Source of the DNA: Bacteroidales bacterium
Lineage (GTDB): Bacteria; Bacteroidota; Bacteroidia; Bacteroidales; UBA4417
NCBI GenBank assembly: GCA_035403165.1
Contig: DAONEP010000007.1
Span: forward strand, 542 to 64,541
Direction: 5' to 3'
DNA length: 64,000 bases
Positions 24,261-33,784 of this stretch are shown here, piece by piece. A program made the translations under genes and the position numbers. How positions within the stretch are numbered: position 1 is the stretch's first letter; each line of letters starts with the position of its first letter. The notes beneath the pieces were generated by a model. It made no database searches, was not told the origin of the DNA, and worked only from the letters and a program-made list of their open reading frames with translations.

Positions 24261-26054
24261 ATGGCAACATTTAAAATGCATTTGCTTGTTTGTGGCGGTA
24301 CTGGCTGTAGGGCTTCAGAAAGCGCAACCTTGTTCCAAAACCTTCGTGCAGGAATCATCCAGAAAGGATTGGAAAACGATGTCCAGGTGATTACGACCGG
24401 CTGTTTTGGGTTTTGCGAAAAAGGGCCTATTGTAAAAGTGTTACCCGACAACACGTTTTATACGATGGTCAAGCCCGAAGATGCAAACGAAATTATTGAA
24501 GAACATATTATAAAAGGCCGCAAGGTTCAGCGTTTGCTTTATGTAAATCCGGTTACCACTGAAAAAGTTTCCGATTCCAAACACATGGGTTTTTACCGGA
24601 AACAACTGCGTATAGCTCTTCGCAACTGCGGTTTCATTGATCCTGAAAATATTGAGGAAAGTATTGCACGCGAAGGTTATGCTGCACTCGGCAAATGCCT
24701 TACCGAAATGACCCCTGAACAGGTCATCGAAATGATAAAAAAGAGCGGTTTACGCGGACGCGGCGGCGGAGGTTTTCCCACTGGTCTGAAATGGGAAATC
24801 ACACGCGCGTCGAAAGCCGACCAAAAATACGTCGTATGTAATGCTGACGAAGGAGACCCCGGCGCTTTCATGGACCGTTCCATCCTGGAAGGCGACCCCC
24901 ATTCGGTGATCGAAGCTATGGCTATCTGCGGATACTGTATCCAGGCTACCAAAGGGCTGGTCTATATCCGTGCAGAATATCCCCTGGCCATCGAAAGGTT
25001 AAAAACCGCCATTAAACAAGCGCGCGAATATGGCCTGTTAGGAGAAGACATCATGGGCTCCGGTTTCAATTTTGACATTGAACTGCGTTACGGAGCCGGA
25101 GCATTTGTCTGCGGAGAAGAAACCGCCCTGATCCATTCTATGGAAGGTTTCCGCGGCGAGCCTACCGTTAAACCTCCTTTCCCCTCAGTATCGGGTTATC
25201 TGAAAAAGCCTACCAACGTCAATAATGTTGAAACCTTTGCCAACATTCCCGTAATTATCAATCGTGGAGCCGAATGGTTTTCCAGCATCGGGACCGAAAA
25301 ATCAAAAGGAACAAAAGTATTTGCCCTTGCCGGAAAAATCAACAATGTTGGCCTGATCGAAGTTCCAATGGGCATCACATTACGTGAAGTGATATACGAA
25401 ATCGGCGGCGGTATAAAAGACGGCAAAAAATTCAAAGCCGTTCAAACCGGCGGCCCTTCGGGCGGATGCCTCACCGAAAAGCACCTGGACACCCCAATCG
25501 ATTATGATAACCTGATTGCAGCCGGTTCAATGATGGGCTCAGGCGGTATGATTGTTATGGATGAAGATGACTGTATGGTTTCAGTCGCTAAATTTTATCT
25601 TGACTTTACCGTTGAAGAATCATGCGGAAAATGTTCTCCGTGCCGTATAGGAAATAAACGCCTGAATGAAATTCTCGAGAAGATATGTAAAGGGAACGGC
25701 ACCATGGAAGATATCGCGCTGCTCCGTAACCTCAGCAGTGTGGTAAAGGATACAGCCCTTTGCGGATTAGGACAAACATCACCCAATCCGGTTCTTTCAA
25801 CTCTCGATAATTTTTACGATGAATACCTGGCTCACATCGTTGATAAAAAATGTCCGAGCGGAAGGTGCAAAGCGTTGCTTCAGTATTTTATCGATCCCGA
25901 AAACTGTGTAGGATGCACTGCCTGCGCCCGTAATTGCCCTGTAAATGCAATTTCCGGTGAACGCAAAGGCGTTCATGTAATTGACTCCGCTACCTGTATC
26001 AAGTGCGGTGCCTGTATGGAAAAATGCAAGTTCAATGCAGTTTATATTAAATAA
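24261..26054 (+). CDS. hydB: NuoF-like flavoprotein subunit, set 2, full-length
   Basis: N-terminal 2Fe-2S domain (CGGTGC .. GCFGFCEKGP). Core motifs GRGGGGFPTGLKW and ESCGKCSPCR. Two C-terminal ferredoxin motifs (CVGCTACARNCP and CIKCGACMEKC). Confidence 0.9.
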   Translation: MATFKMHLLVCGGTGCRASESATLFQNLRAGIIQKGLENDVQVITTGCFGFCEKGPIVKVLPDNTFYTMVKPEDANEIIEEHIIKGRKVQRLLYVNPVTTEKVSDSKHMGFYRKQLRIALRNCGFIDPENIEESIAREGYAALGKCLTEMTPEQVIEMIKKSGLRGRGGGGFPTGLKWEITRASKADQKYVVCNADEGDPGAFMDRSILEGDPHSVIEAMAICGYCIQATKGLVYIRAEYPLAIERLKTAIKQAREYGLLGEDIMGSGFNFDIELRYGAGAFVCGEETALIHSMEGFRGEPTVKPPFPSVSGYLKKPTNVNNVETFANIPVIINRGAEWFSSIGTEKSKGTKVFALAGKINNVGLIEVPMGITLREVIYEIGGGIKDGKKFKAVQTGGPSGGCLTEKHLDTPIDYDNLIAAGSMMGSGGMIVMDEDDCMVSVAKFYLDFTVEESCGKCSPCRIGNKRLNEILEKICKGNGTMEDIALLRNLSSVVKDTALCGLGQTSPNPVLSTLDNFYDEYLAHIVDKKCPSGRCKALLQYFIDPENCVGCTACARNCPVNAISGERKGVHVIDSATCIKCGACMEKCKFNAVYIK

Positions 26055-26072
26055 CCAGTGGGAGAACGAAAC

Positions 26073-27842
26073 ATGGAAATGATCAATTTAACAATAGATA
26101 ATAAAAAGGTTCAGGTCAAAAAAGGTACCACCGTTTTGGATGCTGCCAAATCCGTTGGAATTAACATCCCTACCCTGTGCTATCTTCACCTTCACGACCT
26201 CGAAATCACCAACAAACCTGCAGGTTGCCGTATCTGCGTTGTTGAAGTTAAAGGCCGTCGTAACCTCGCTCCTGCCTGCGTTACCGAATGTACCGAAGGC
26301 ATGGAAGTGAATACACACAACATCCGTGTGTTGAATGCCCGTAAAACCGTGATGGAGCTCATTCTCAGCGACCATCCCACCGACTGCCTCGTATGCGCCA
26401 AAAGCGGCAACTGCGAATTGCAATCGCTTGCACACGAATTAGGGATCCGTCAGATACATTACGAAGGGGAACAATCGCACTATCGCAAGGACACCTCACC
26501 TTCCATCATCCGTGATGTGGATAAATGTATTATGTGCCGTCGTTGCGAAATGATGTGCAACGAAGTGCAGACAGTAGGCGTTCTTACGGCAGTAAACCGC
26601 GGATTTACATCAGTGGTGGCTCCCGCCTTCGAAATGAACCTCGATCACAGCGTATGTACATACTGCGGACAATGCGTTGCCGTATGCCCGACAGGAGCGC
26701 TCACCGAAGTTGACCACACCAATAGTGTTATCCGGGCTTTGGCCGATCCAACCAAGACGGTCATCGTGCAAACGGCTCCGGCTGTGCGTGCCGCATTGGG
26801 CGAAGAATTCGGCCTGGAACCCGGCACCCTGGTAACAGGAAAAATGGCTGCTGCTCTCAGGAGACTTGGATTTGATTATGTATTCGATACCGATTTTGCT
26901 GCCGACCTCACCATAATGGAAGAAGGCACAGAATTGCTCGACCGGTTAACGCGCCACTTAAATGGAGATAAAGATGTGAAGCTTCCTATCCTCACATCAT
27001 GCTGCCCGGGCTGGGTTAACTTCTTCGAACATCAGTTCCCCGACATGATCGATATCCCGTCGACAGCCCGTTCACCTCAGCAAATGTTCGGTTCCATTGC
27101 AAAGACATTCTTTGCTGAAAAATTGGGCATTAAAAGGGAAAATATGGTTGTAGTGTCCATCATGCCATGTCTGGCTAAGAAATTTGAATGCTCACGGGAT
27201 GAATTTAAGGTTGATGGCAATCCCGATGTAGACTTTTCACTTTCGACGCGTGAACTGGCCAATTTCATCAAGCAATCGAACATAGATTTCATCTCTCTCG
27301 AGGATGAAGATTTCGACCGTCCATTGGGAGAATCAACCGGCGCTGCTGTCATTTTCGGCGCTACCGGTGGTGTTATTGAAGCCGCTACCCGTACGGCCTA
27401 TGAAGTTTACACCGGTAAAAAACTTGAAAAAGTTGATTTCGAACAATTGCGCGGAATGGAATGGATCAGGAGCGCGACCGTAGACTTCGACGGCTTGCCC
27501 ATCAAAATCGGAATTGCACACGGACTGGGCAATGCCCGCAAACTCCTTGAACAAATTCGTGAAGGCAAAGCTGATTTCCATGCAATCGAAATCATGGCCT
27601 GCCCCGGTGGCTGCATCGGCGGCGGCGGTCAACCGCTTCATCATGGTGATTCATCCATCCTGAAAGCCCGTACAGCCGCTATCTATCGTGAAGATGAGAG
27701 CAAAGTCATCCGGAAATCGCACGAGAATCCCTATATCATTCAACTGTACGAAGAGTTCCTTGGCAAACCATGCAGCCATAAATCGCATCAGTTGTTGCAT
27801 ACCCATTATTTCGACAAGAGTAAACCAGTCGAAATTGAATAA
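26073..27842 (+). CDS. hydA: [FeFe]-hydrogenase catalytic subunit, set 2
   Basis: Canonical motifs TSCCPGW, MPCLAKKFE and EIMACPGGCIGGGGQP. The start is set at ATG 26073; the track ORF starts at GTG 26058. Confidence 0.9.
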   Translation: MEMINLTIDNKKVQVKKGTTVLDAAKSVGINIPTLCYLHLHDLEITNKPAGCRICVVEVKGRRNLAPACVTECTEGMEVNTHNIRVLNARKTVMELILSDHPTDCLVCAKSGNCELQSLAHELGIRQIHYEGEQSHYRKDTSPSIIRDVDKCIMCRRCEMMCNEVQTVGVLTAVNRGFTSVVAPAFEMNLDHSVCTYCGQCVAVCPTGALTEVDHTNSVIRALADPTKTVIVQTAPAVRAALGEEFGLEPGTLVTGKMAAALRRLGFDYVFDTDFAADLTIMEEGTELLDRLTRHLNGDKDVKLPILTSCCPGWVNFFEHQFPDMIDIPSTARSPQQMFGSIAKTFFAEKLGIKRENMVVVSIMPCLAKKFECSRDEFKVDGNPDVDFSLSTRELANFIKQSNIDFISLEDEDFDRPLGESTGAAVIFGATGGVIEAATRTAYEVYTGKKLEKVDFEQLRGMEWIRSATVDFDGLPIKIGIAHGLGNARKLLEQIREGKADFHAIEIMACPGGCIGGGGQPLHHGDSSILKARTAAIYREDESKVIRKSHENPYIIQLYEEFLGKPCSHKSHQLLHTHYFDKSKPVEIE

Positions 27843-27883
27843 GGGAAATTGAAGGATATCAAAACCGATTAAAAAGATTCACT

Positions 27884-28369
27884 ATGGCTAGCATAAATAT
27901 CAAACTCAGTGATCAGAAAATTGCCCAATTGCAGGCAATTTGCAAGGAATTTAACAATGACAAAGGTGAACTCATCAATGTGCTGCACAAAGCTCAGCAC
28001 CTTTTCGGGTATTTGCCTGCCGAAGTCCAGGAAATTATTGCTAAAGAACTGAAGACTTCGGTTGCACACGTTTATGGCGTTGTTTCTTTCTACTCATTCT
28101 TCACAATGACTCCAAAAGGCGAACATCCCATTAGCATTTGCCTGGGTACAGCCTGCTACGTGAGGGGCGCCGAAAAGGTCCTTGACGAATTCAAACGGAT
28201 TCTCAAAGTCAAAGTCGGCGAAACTACCGAAGACGGCAAGTTCTCGTTAAGTTGCCTTCGTTGCGTTGGCGCCTGCGGATTAGCACCGGTTGTCATGATT
28301 GGTGAAAAAGTATACGGGCGTGTATCTCCCGACGGTGTAAAAAGCATTCTTGACGACTACACCAAGTAA
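27884..28369 (+). CDS. hydC: NuoE-like [2Fe-2S] subunit, set 2
   Basis: CLGTACYVRGA .. CLRCVGACGLAP. Confidence 0.85.
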   Translation: MASINIKLSDQKIAQLQAICKEFNNDKGELINVLHKAQHLFGYLPAEVQEIIAKELKTSVAHVYGVVSFYSFFTMTPKGEHPISICLGTACYVRGAEKVLDEFKRILKVKVGETTEDGKFSLSCLRCVGACGLAPVVMIGEKVYGRVSPDGVKSILDDYTK

Positions 28370-28421
28370 ACCGTTCTCTTCTAAAGATCATTCCGGGTTA
28401 AACCGGATGATTAATAAAGCA

Positions 28422-28452
28422 AAACTGCCTCTCAACAAGGCAGTTTTTTTTT
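28422..28452 (+). terminator. Rho-independent terminator after hydrogenase operon 2
   Basis: Hairpin aaactgcc-tctcaaca-aggcagttt followed by a T-run. Confidence 0.75.
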
Positions 28453-28560
28453 GCCAAATGCATAATAACCAACAATAAAGTTATAGTTTGAAGAATATTT
28501 TTTAGTCATAGGAAAGACGCTTTGCTTATATTTGCTCATTATCATAAAAAAGTTTCCATT

Positions 28561-30285
28561 ATGGTACCCACTGGCAACGACTACAGCGAGCAAACAAACG
28601 ACATCCGGCAACTTGCAAATGAAAATGAAGCACTGAAAGCCGAGATAGAAAAACTGCGCCATTTCGAAACGCTGGCTAAAGAAGCTGAAAACATTCATGC
28701 GCTGGCCGAGAAAGCCAACCGTATCAAGAGCGACTTCCTCTCCATGATGAGTCACGAAATTCGTACACCGATGAATGGAATTGTCGGGATGACCAGCCTT
28801 TTACTCGACACCAAAGTAACACCGGAACAGCGCAATTACCTGGAAACATTGCGTGTGAGCGCTGATAACCTGATGGGGATTATTAACGATATTCTCGATT
28901 TCTCAAAAATCGAATCGGATAAAATGGTGCTTGAGGAAAGCAATTTCGAATTGCGTCATTGCATAGAAGAAGCCCTTGATGTATATGCCCCAAAGGCTAT
29001 CGAAAAAGGCGTCGATTTACTGTACATGCTGCAACCCGATGTTGCCCCCTTCCTGATTGGTGACATGAAACGGCTGAAGCAGATCCTTGGAAACCTGGTG
29101 AACAATGCCATCAAATTCACCGATGAGGGCGAGATATTTATCTCAGCCGAGAAATCCGGAATGCAGGACGATTACTGTGAAATCTTGTTCTCAGTGAAGG
29201 ACAGCGGCATAGGCATCACAAAGGAAAAACTGGATACTATTTTTGAAGCTTTCACCCAGGGCGAATCATTCCTGAACAGGCGTTATGGCGGGACCGGTCT
29301 GGGACTATCCATTGCCAAGCACCTTGTCGGACTTATGGGCGGACGTATGTGGGCCGAAAGCGCCCCGGGCAAAGGTTCAACATTTTACTTCACCGTAAAA
29401 TTAAAACCTGCCGAAACAGGAACTACCAAGCTATACATCCGGGGGCAAATTCCGGAACTGAGAAACAGCCGTGTACTCGTGGTCGACAATGATCCCGCTT
29501 CACGCCAGATATTCTCAGCCCAGTTTGACGCCTGGGGGATGAGAGCTTACACTGCAACTACCGGTAAGGAAGCGTTGAGAATTATTGATGATCAGGACAG
29601 TTACTTCGACCTCGGCCTTATTGACCTTCACCTCCCTGAAATGTCGGGTGTAGAATTGGCTAAGAGCATCCGGGATATCCCATTCAAAGGTGATTTCCCG
29701 TTTATTCTTCTCTCATCCATCGGGAAAGTCACCGATCTTCCCCAAGGGCTTTTTGACGCCCAGATGACCAAACCCGTCAAACTTGCAGAGCTTTTTGAAT
29801 ATATTCTGAGTGTGATCTCCGAATCCCGTGACCGCCGGGCAACAGTTGCCGATCATAATTTTGATAAAAAACTCTCCGATAAACTGCCGTTAAATATTCT
29901 TCTGGCTGAAGATAACGTTACAAACCAGGAACTGGTGGTAACCCTCATGAAAAAGATGGGTTATAATGTAGATGCAGTTGAAAACGGGAGGAAAGTGCTC
30001 GAAATCATGGAAGACAAGCCTTACGACATCATTCTGATGGATGTCCAGATGCCGGTAATGAACGGGACTGAAGCCACTGCTGCGATCATTGAAAAATACC
30101 CTGAACCTGATCGTCCTTACATCATAGCCATCACAGCCAACGCCATGCCTGGCGACCGGGAGCGTTTCCTCGAATGCGGCATGGTCGACTACCTGTCGAA
30201 ACCTATCCGGTTCAAAGATGTGCAGGATGTGCTTATCCGCTGGGGAAGGAAAAGGATGATGCTAAAGAAGGAACAGGAAAGTTAA
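28561..30285 (+). CDS. Hybrid histidine kinase with two receiver domains, no TM or sensor domain
   Basis: Coiled-coil N-terminus, H-box [14 protein letters not shown] box [10 protein letters not shown] boxes DSGIGI and GGTGLGLSI. Two REC domains follow (VVDND.., LLAEDN..). The start is trimmed to ATG 28561. Confidence 0.85.
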   Translation: MVPTGNDYSEQTNDIRQLANENEALKAEIEKLRHFETLAKEAENIHALAEKANRIKSDFLSMMSHEIRTPMNGIVGMTSLLLDTKVTPEQRNYLETLRVSADNLMGIINDILDFSKIESDKMVLEESNFELRHCIEEALDVYAPKAIEKGVDLLYMLQPDVAPFLIGDMKRLKQILGNLVNNAIKFTDEGEIFISAEKSGMQDDYCEILFSVKDSGIGITKEKLDTIFEAFTQGESFLNRRYGGTGLGLSIAKHLVGLMGGRMWAESAPGKGSTFYFTVKLKPAETGTTKLYIRGQIPELRNSRVLVVDNDPASRQIFSAQFDAWGMRAYTATTGKEALRIIDDQDSYFDLGLIDLHLPEMSGVELAKSIRDIPFKGDFPFILLSSIGKVTDLPQGLFDAQMTKPVKLAELFEYILSVISESRDRRATVADHNFDKKLSDKLPLNILLAEDNVTNQELVVTLMKKMGYNVDAVENGRKVLEIMEDKPYDIILMDVQMPVMNGTEATAAIIEKYPEPDRPYIIAITANAMPGDRERFLECGMVDYLSKPIRFKDVQDVLIRWGRKRMMLKKEQES

Positions 30286-30307
30286 AGGTTCCCATACGAG
30301 AAAAAAG

Positions 30308-30332
30308 AAGCTGCCGATCGGCAGCTTTTTTT
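30308..30332 (+). terminator. Rho-independent terminator
   Basis: Hairpin aagctgcc-gatc-ggcagctt followed by a T-run. Confidence 0.8.
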
Positions 30333-30380
30333 GGCAGATCAGACTTTATAAAGAATCGGCATTGGCCTTTGCCCCTAGCT

Positions 30381-31052
30381 GTCCTGAGTCTGTGACTCAG
30401 GACAATAATTAAACCGGATGAATTTCCAACAATCCCTTCCCTTTGCCTGCATAATCTCTAGCACTGCTGTATAGATAGTCTTCAGGTTTTTCAACCAATC
30501 CGGATTCAACCGGATTGTTATGTATATAATTCATTTTTTGCCAGGTAAAACCGACCGAAAACAATTCTTTAGGCTGATTATCCTGTCGCCAAAATTGGTA
30601 AATGCTGTTTCTGCTGTTTTTTTCTCCCTGCGTTTTAAAAATCTGCAACATCCATTCTTTTCTGCTTTCGTTCTTGTTTTCAGAAATTGCTTTTATGATT
30701 TGCTTGCTTGTAAATTTCTTGAAATCACGCAGTATATCACTTGTGTCTTCATTTTTGGCCGACACAACCAAATGCAGATGATTGCTCATAAGGCACCAAC
30801 CATGTATATACAGACCTCTTTCCTGCTGGCAATGCCGCAGACTATCCAGTATTATATCACAGTAAGCTTTTCTGGTAAACACATCAACCCACTCCACTAC
30901 GGCAAATGTTATAAAATGGATGCCTTCCTGATTCCGGATTTTATAACCTCCTGCTGACATCTGATATAATGTTGAAATTAAGCTAATTTACAAAAAACAG
31001 AAACAAAATTTGGAATAAAATTTATAGGTATCCGTAGTCGCAGACTACGGAT
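30381..31052 (-). mobile_element. IS200/RAYT-like unit: Y1 transposase gene bracketed by two hairpins
   Basis: gtcctgagtc-tgt-gactcaggac lies at 30381-30403, 5 nt (30404-30408) past the transposase stop. atccgtagtc-gca-gactacggat lies at 31030-31052, 69 nt (30961-31029) upstream of the start. Total span is 672 bp. Confidence 0.5.
30409..30960 (-). CDS. Y1 (HUH) transposase, IS200-like / REP-associated tyrosine transposase type
   Basis: HUH motif SNHLHLVV. N-terminal HFITFAVVEWVDVFTR. C-terminal Tyr context YLYSSARDY. Confidence 0.8.
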   Translation of the reverse strand: MSAGGYKIRNQEGIHFITFAVVEWVDVFTRKAYCDIILDSLRHCQQERGLYIHGWCLMSNHLHLVVSAKNEDTSDILRDFKKFTSKQIIKAISENKNESRKEWMLQIFKTQGEKNSRNSIYQFWRQDNQPKELFSVGFTWQKMNYIHNNPVESGLVEKPEDYLYSSARDYAGKGKGLLEIHPV

Positions 31053-31262
31053 AGCATCTTTTTTTTTGGAACCCCTTCCCATGGCTTGTTTCCTGTCTTC
31101 GAAAAATTCACAGTATATGACTTCCCATGGCCTGTACCTGATCGTCCAGCCCTTGGTCCCTAGGTAGTTGTGCGAATAAAAACGTTCTATCAAATCCGAT
31201 GTAAATCCTATATAGATCTTATCATTGCGACACGAATACAGAATATATACGACATATCCCAT
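30978..31262 (-). CDS. GIY-YIG nuclease family protein (C-terminal tail probably altered)
   Basis: YVVYILYS..KIYIGFTSDLIERFYSHN. The last ~25 codons read through the hairpin at 31030-31052. Confidence 0.65.
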   Translation of the reverse strand: MGYVVYILYSCRNDKIYIGFTSDLIERFYSHNYLGTKGWTIRYRPWEVIYCEFFEDRKQAMGRGSKKKDAIRSLRLRIPINFIPNFVSVFCKLA

Positions 31263-31265
31263 AAC

Positions 31266-31290
31266 GAAAAAAGCTGCCTTGTGGCAGCCT
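31266..31290 (-). terminator. Rho-independent terminator downstream of tRNA(CAT)
   Basis: On the minus strand: aggctgcc-acaa-ggcagctt followed by TTTTTT. Confidence 0.7.
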
Positions 31291-31298
31291 TGGTTTTG

Positions 31299-31372
31299 TA
31301 GCGGGATCGAGAATTGAACTCGAGACCTCCGGGTTATGAATCCGACGCTCTAACCAACTGAGCTACCCCGCC
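31299..31372 (-). tRNA. tRNA with CAT anticodon (Met/fMet/Ile2 identity unresolved)
   Basis: The minus strand reads GGCGGGGTAGCTCAGTTGGTTAGAGCGTCGGATTCATAACCCGGAGGTCTCGAGTTCAATTCTCGATCCCGCTA. It has a D-arm GCTC/GAGC, a perfect T-arm TCGAG/CTCGA with a TTCAATT loop, and a CAT anticodon. Confidence 0.85.
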
Positions 31373-31436
31373 TCTATGATTTTATTTTCAATTCCTCACT
31401 GTTGAACACGAGTCTGTCCCTCTCCGACGGACGGAT

Positions 31437-31473
31437 ATGAATCCGACGCTCTAACCAACGGAGCTACCCCGCC
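31437..31473 (-). pseudogene. Duplicated 5' half of the tRNA(CAT) gene
   Basis: 37 nt match positions 1 to the anticodon of the intact gene, with one mismatch. No matching T-arm or acceptor 3' strand follows. Confidence 0.7.
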
Positions 31474-31528
31474 AACAGGGGTGCAAAATTAGGACTTTTT
31501 CCTTAAAATAAAAGGCCTTTGATAATTT

Positions 31529-32698
31529 TTACCTTATTTCTTCGACAGTGAGCTTGTAATCAATTCCAAACTCACGTAAACCATTCAGGAAAAACGTAAC
31601 GCATTTTTCGTCGTTGGCCAGATATTCAGGTGCAGAAACGCCTTTATCGGTGTACATGCCATTAGCAATAAGCCGCACAGCCATAACAGCAGCATATCCG
31701 GTAGTCCTGGCCATGGAATGTATCTGCGTTTCCGGATCATAGGTATCGAACAGGTCATATGTGTACCTGTAATGTTTGCTACCCTTGTAACCTTCGGCAA
31801 TGATATGCATTATTGTAAGGTCTTCCTCGCCTTCTTTGAACCGAAGAATTGGAAACAATAATTTCGAAGTAACATCTATCGGGCGGATCATATTCCCTGC
31901 CACATTGATAGGTTGACAACCGAAGAACCCGGCATCGCGCAATACTTCAATTTTATAAAGGTGGCCTGGATAACGAAGCGTTTTTTCGACCATATCGGGA
32001 ACCTTCAAGTTTAAGATCAAGGACCTTAAACCATCCGTATTGAAAGCTTCCAGCGTACCGATTCCCTCAATTTCAATATTTTCAACATCAGATAAAGCTG
32101 GTTTTACAACCAAATGGCCATTCTTCACGAAGCGTGCTGGCCGGGTATACTCTTCGATTACATCAATGGGTGAAAAAACAGCTTTGTATTCAAATGGCCA
32201 GGAATGACGCCGCGGTAATCCCCCAACATAAATTTTCAAACTTTCGGGCTTATCCAATTGCCTGCATGCATAGGCAGCCAGCAGATTACTTGTTCCCGGC
32301 GCCAATCCCATATCGCAGATAGCCGTAACCCCTTTTTCTTTAGCAAGTTCATCAACCTCAAGGAAGTTTTCTTCCTGAAATGAGAAATCCACAATATCCT
32401 TACCAGCCTCGACGCAGGCCCTTAACACCATATTACCCAGATATCCCGGTACAGCACTCACAACCAGCCCGTAACCTGCCACCAATTTCCTGACACGCTT
32501 TGCATCCGATAAATCAATCCGAAGGGTAGTAACCTTGTACTTTGATGATATCTTGTCGAGGACTGTTGGATCAATATCGACAATTGTTACACTAAAATTC
32601 GGGTCTTCAGATAATTTTGCCGCAACCGGGCCGCCGACCAGCCCGGCACCTAATACAATAATTCTTAATGATTTGCTTTTCGTTTCTTTAGCATTCAT
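31529..32698 (-). CDS. Saccharopine dehydrogenase family oxidoreductase
   Basis: N-terminal Rossmann motif RIIVLGAGLVGG. The 389-aa length and overall pattern fit the Sacchrp_dh family. Confidence 0.7.
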   Translation of the reverse strand: MNAKETKSKSLRIIVLGAGLVGGPVAAKLSEDPNFSVTIVDIDPTVLDKISSKYKVTTLRIDLSDAKRVRKLVAGYGLVVSAVPGYLGNMVLRACVEAGKDIVDFSFQEENFLEVDELAKEKGVTAICDMGLAPGTSNLLAAYACRQLDKPESLKIYVGGLPRRHSWPFEYKAVFSPIDVIEEYTRPARFVKNGHLVVKPALSDVENIEIEGIGTLEAFNTDGLRSLILNLKVPDMVEKTLRYPGHLYKIEVLRDAGFFGCQPINVAGNMIRPIDVTSKLLFPILRFKEGEEDLTIMHIIAEGYKGSKHYRYTYDLFDTYDPETQIHSMARTTGYAAVMAVRLIANGMYTDKGVSAPEYLANDEKCVTFFLNGLREFGIDYKLTVEEIR

Positions 32699-32735
32699 GA
32701 TCGGAAATGTTAGTTATCTAAGTTGCTTTAAGTAT

Positions 32736-33695
32736 TTAGTATGTTTTTGGGGGTGAATTCTTGCCTGAGTAACGGATCAGATTCCCCGGAAACCGTCTTT
32801 GCTGTGAGAAAACCACACCTGCCATTACGAGTATCATTCCTATCACTTTTGAACCGGTAAACTCTTCTGAAAGAAGGAAATAAGAGGCTATCCCGGTAAA
32901 AACGGGAATAAGGTTCGAAAAAACATTGGCGCGTATTATCCCTAAATCCCTGATAGATACTATATAAAACAGGTATGCCAGGGTTGATGCGAAGAATGCC
33001 AGCTCCACCAGGGCTATCAATGCTGAAACAGGAGGCCTTATGGACAGAAACTGTTTCAGGTCGAATATCAGAAAGAATGGAAGAAAGTACACCGCACCGA
33101 TAATGTTTTGCATTGCAATAATGATGAATACCGGATAATTATCAGCAAGTTTCCTGATGACCAGCGAATAGCCGACGGCTGAAAAGACAGCAAAAAAAAG
33201 CAATCCGACACCGGCAGGTGAAGCATTCAGTGAAAGGTCTGGATTTATTAACATTACAACGATACCGGTCATAGAAATGATAATACCGGCAATGGTATTT
33301 CCTGACACTTTTTCTTTGAACGTATAATATGCTGCAATCGGGGCAAAAAGGGGTATTGTTGCAATGATCACCGACGAAATTGTCGATGAAACCTTTGTAA
33401 GGCCGAAACTTTCGCCCATGAAATAGCAGAAAGGCTGAGTAAATGCAAGTAACAGGAACCATTTGATATCGCTGCTACGGATGGCTGTGTTTATATGCGA
33501 CAGCTTTATATACAGCATCAATAAACTGCCTGAAATCAGCAGCCGCAGGAATATTATGGTGATAGGCCCGTAAAAACCGCAAATCTGTTTGAACCAAACA
33601 AACGACATTCCCCAGAAGAGCATCGCAATAACTGCGAAGACTACCGGACGGGAGCCTTTTACCTGCACTTTCCCTGGTGAATTAACGAGCGGCAT
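32736..33695 (-). CDS. DMT (EamA) family transporter
   Basis: About 10 hydrophobic segments with the internal duplication typical of EamA. Confidence 0.7.
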   Translation of the reverse strand: MPLVNSPGKVQVKGSRPVVFAVIAMLFWGMSFVWFKQICGFYGPITIIFLRLLISGSLLMLYIKLSHINTAIRSSDIKWFLLLAFTQPFCYFMGESFGLTKVSSTISSVIIATIPLFAPIAAYYTFKEKVSGNTIAGIIISMTGIVVMLINPDLSLNASPAGVGLLFFAVFSAVGYSLVIRKLADNYPVFIIIAMQNIIGAVYFLPFFLIFDLKQFLSIRPPVSALIALVELAFFASTLAYLFYIVSIRDLGIIRANVFSNLIPVFTGIASYFLLSEEFTGSKVIGMILVMAGVVFSQQRRFPGNLIRYSGKNSPPKTY

Positions 33696-33784
33696 AAGAA
33701 TAATATGAGATATACAGTATGCTGAATGTCGTCAGGAATTACTATGTGCCTGGCAGGAATACCCAAACACCCCTGTTATCCGAC

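Noticed and set aside
28432-28755. 107-aa minus-strand ORF overlapping the start of the hybrid kinase gene.
   Set aside because: It has no motif and overlaps both a terminator and the better-supported kinase CDS.
30520-30957. 145-aa plus-strand ORF.
   Set aside because: It is entirely antisense to the Y1 transposase gene, which has clear HUH and Tyr motifs.
31437-31473. Second tRNA(CAT) gene.
   Set aside because: Only the 5' half is present. The downstream sequence cannot form an anticodon stem with a 7-nt loop, a T-arm or an acceptor stem. It is reported as a fragment instead.
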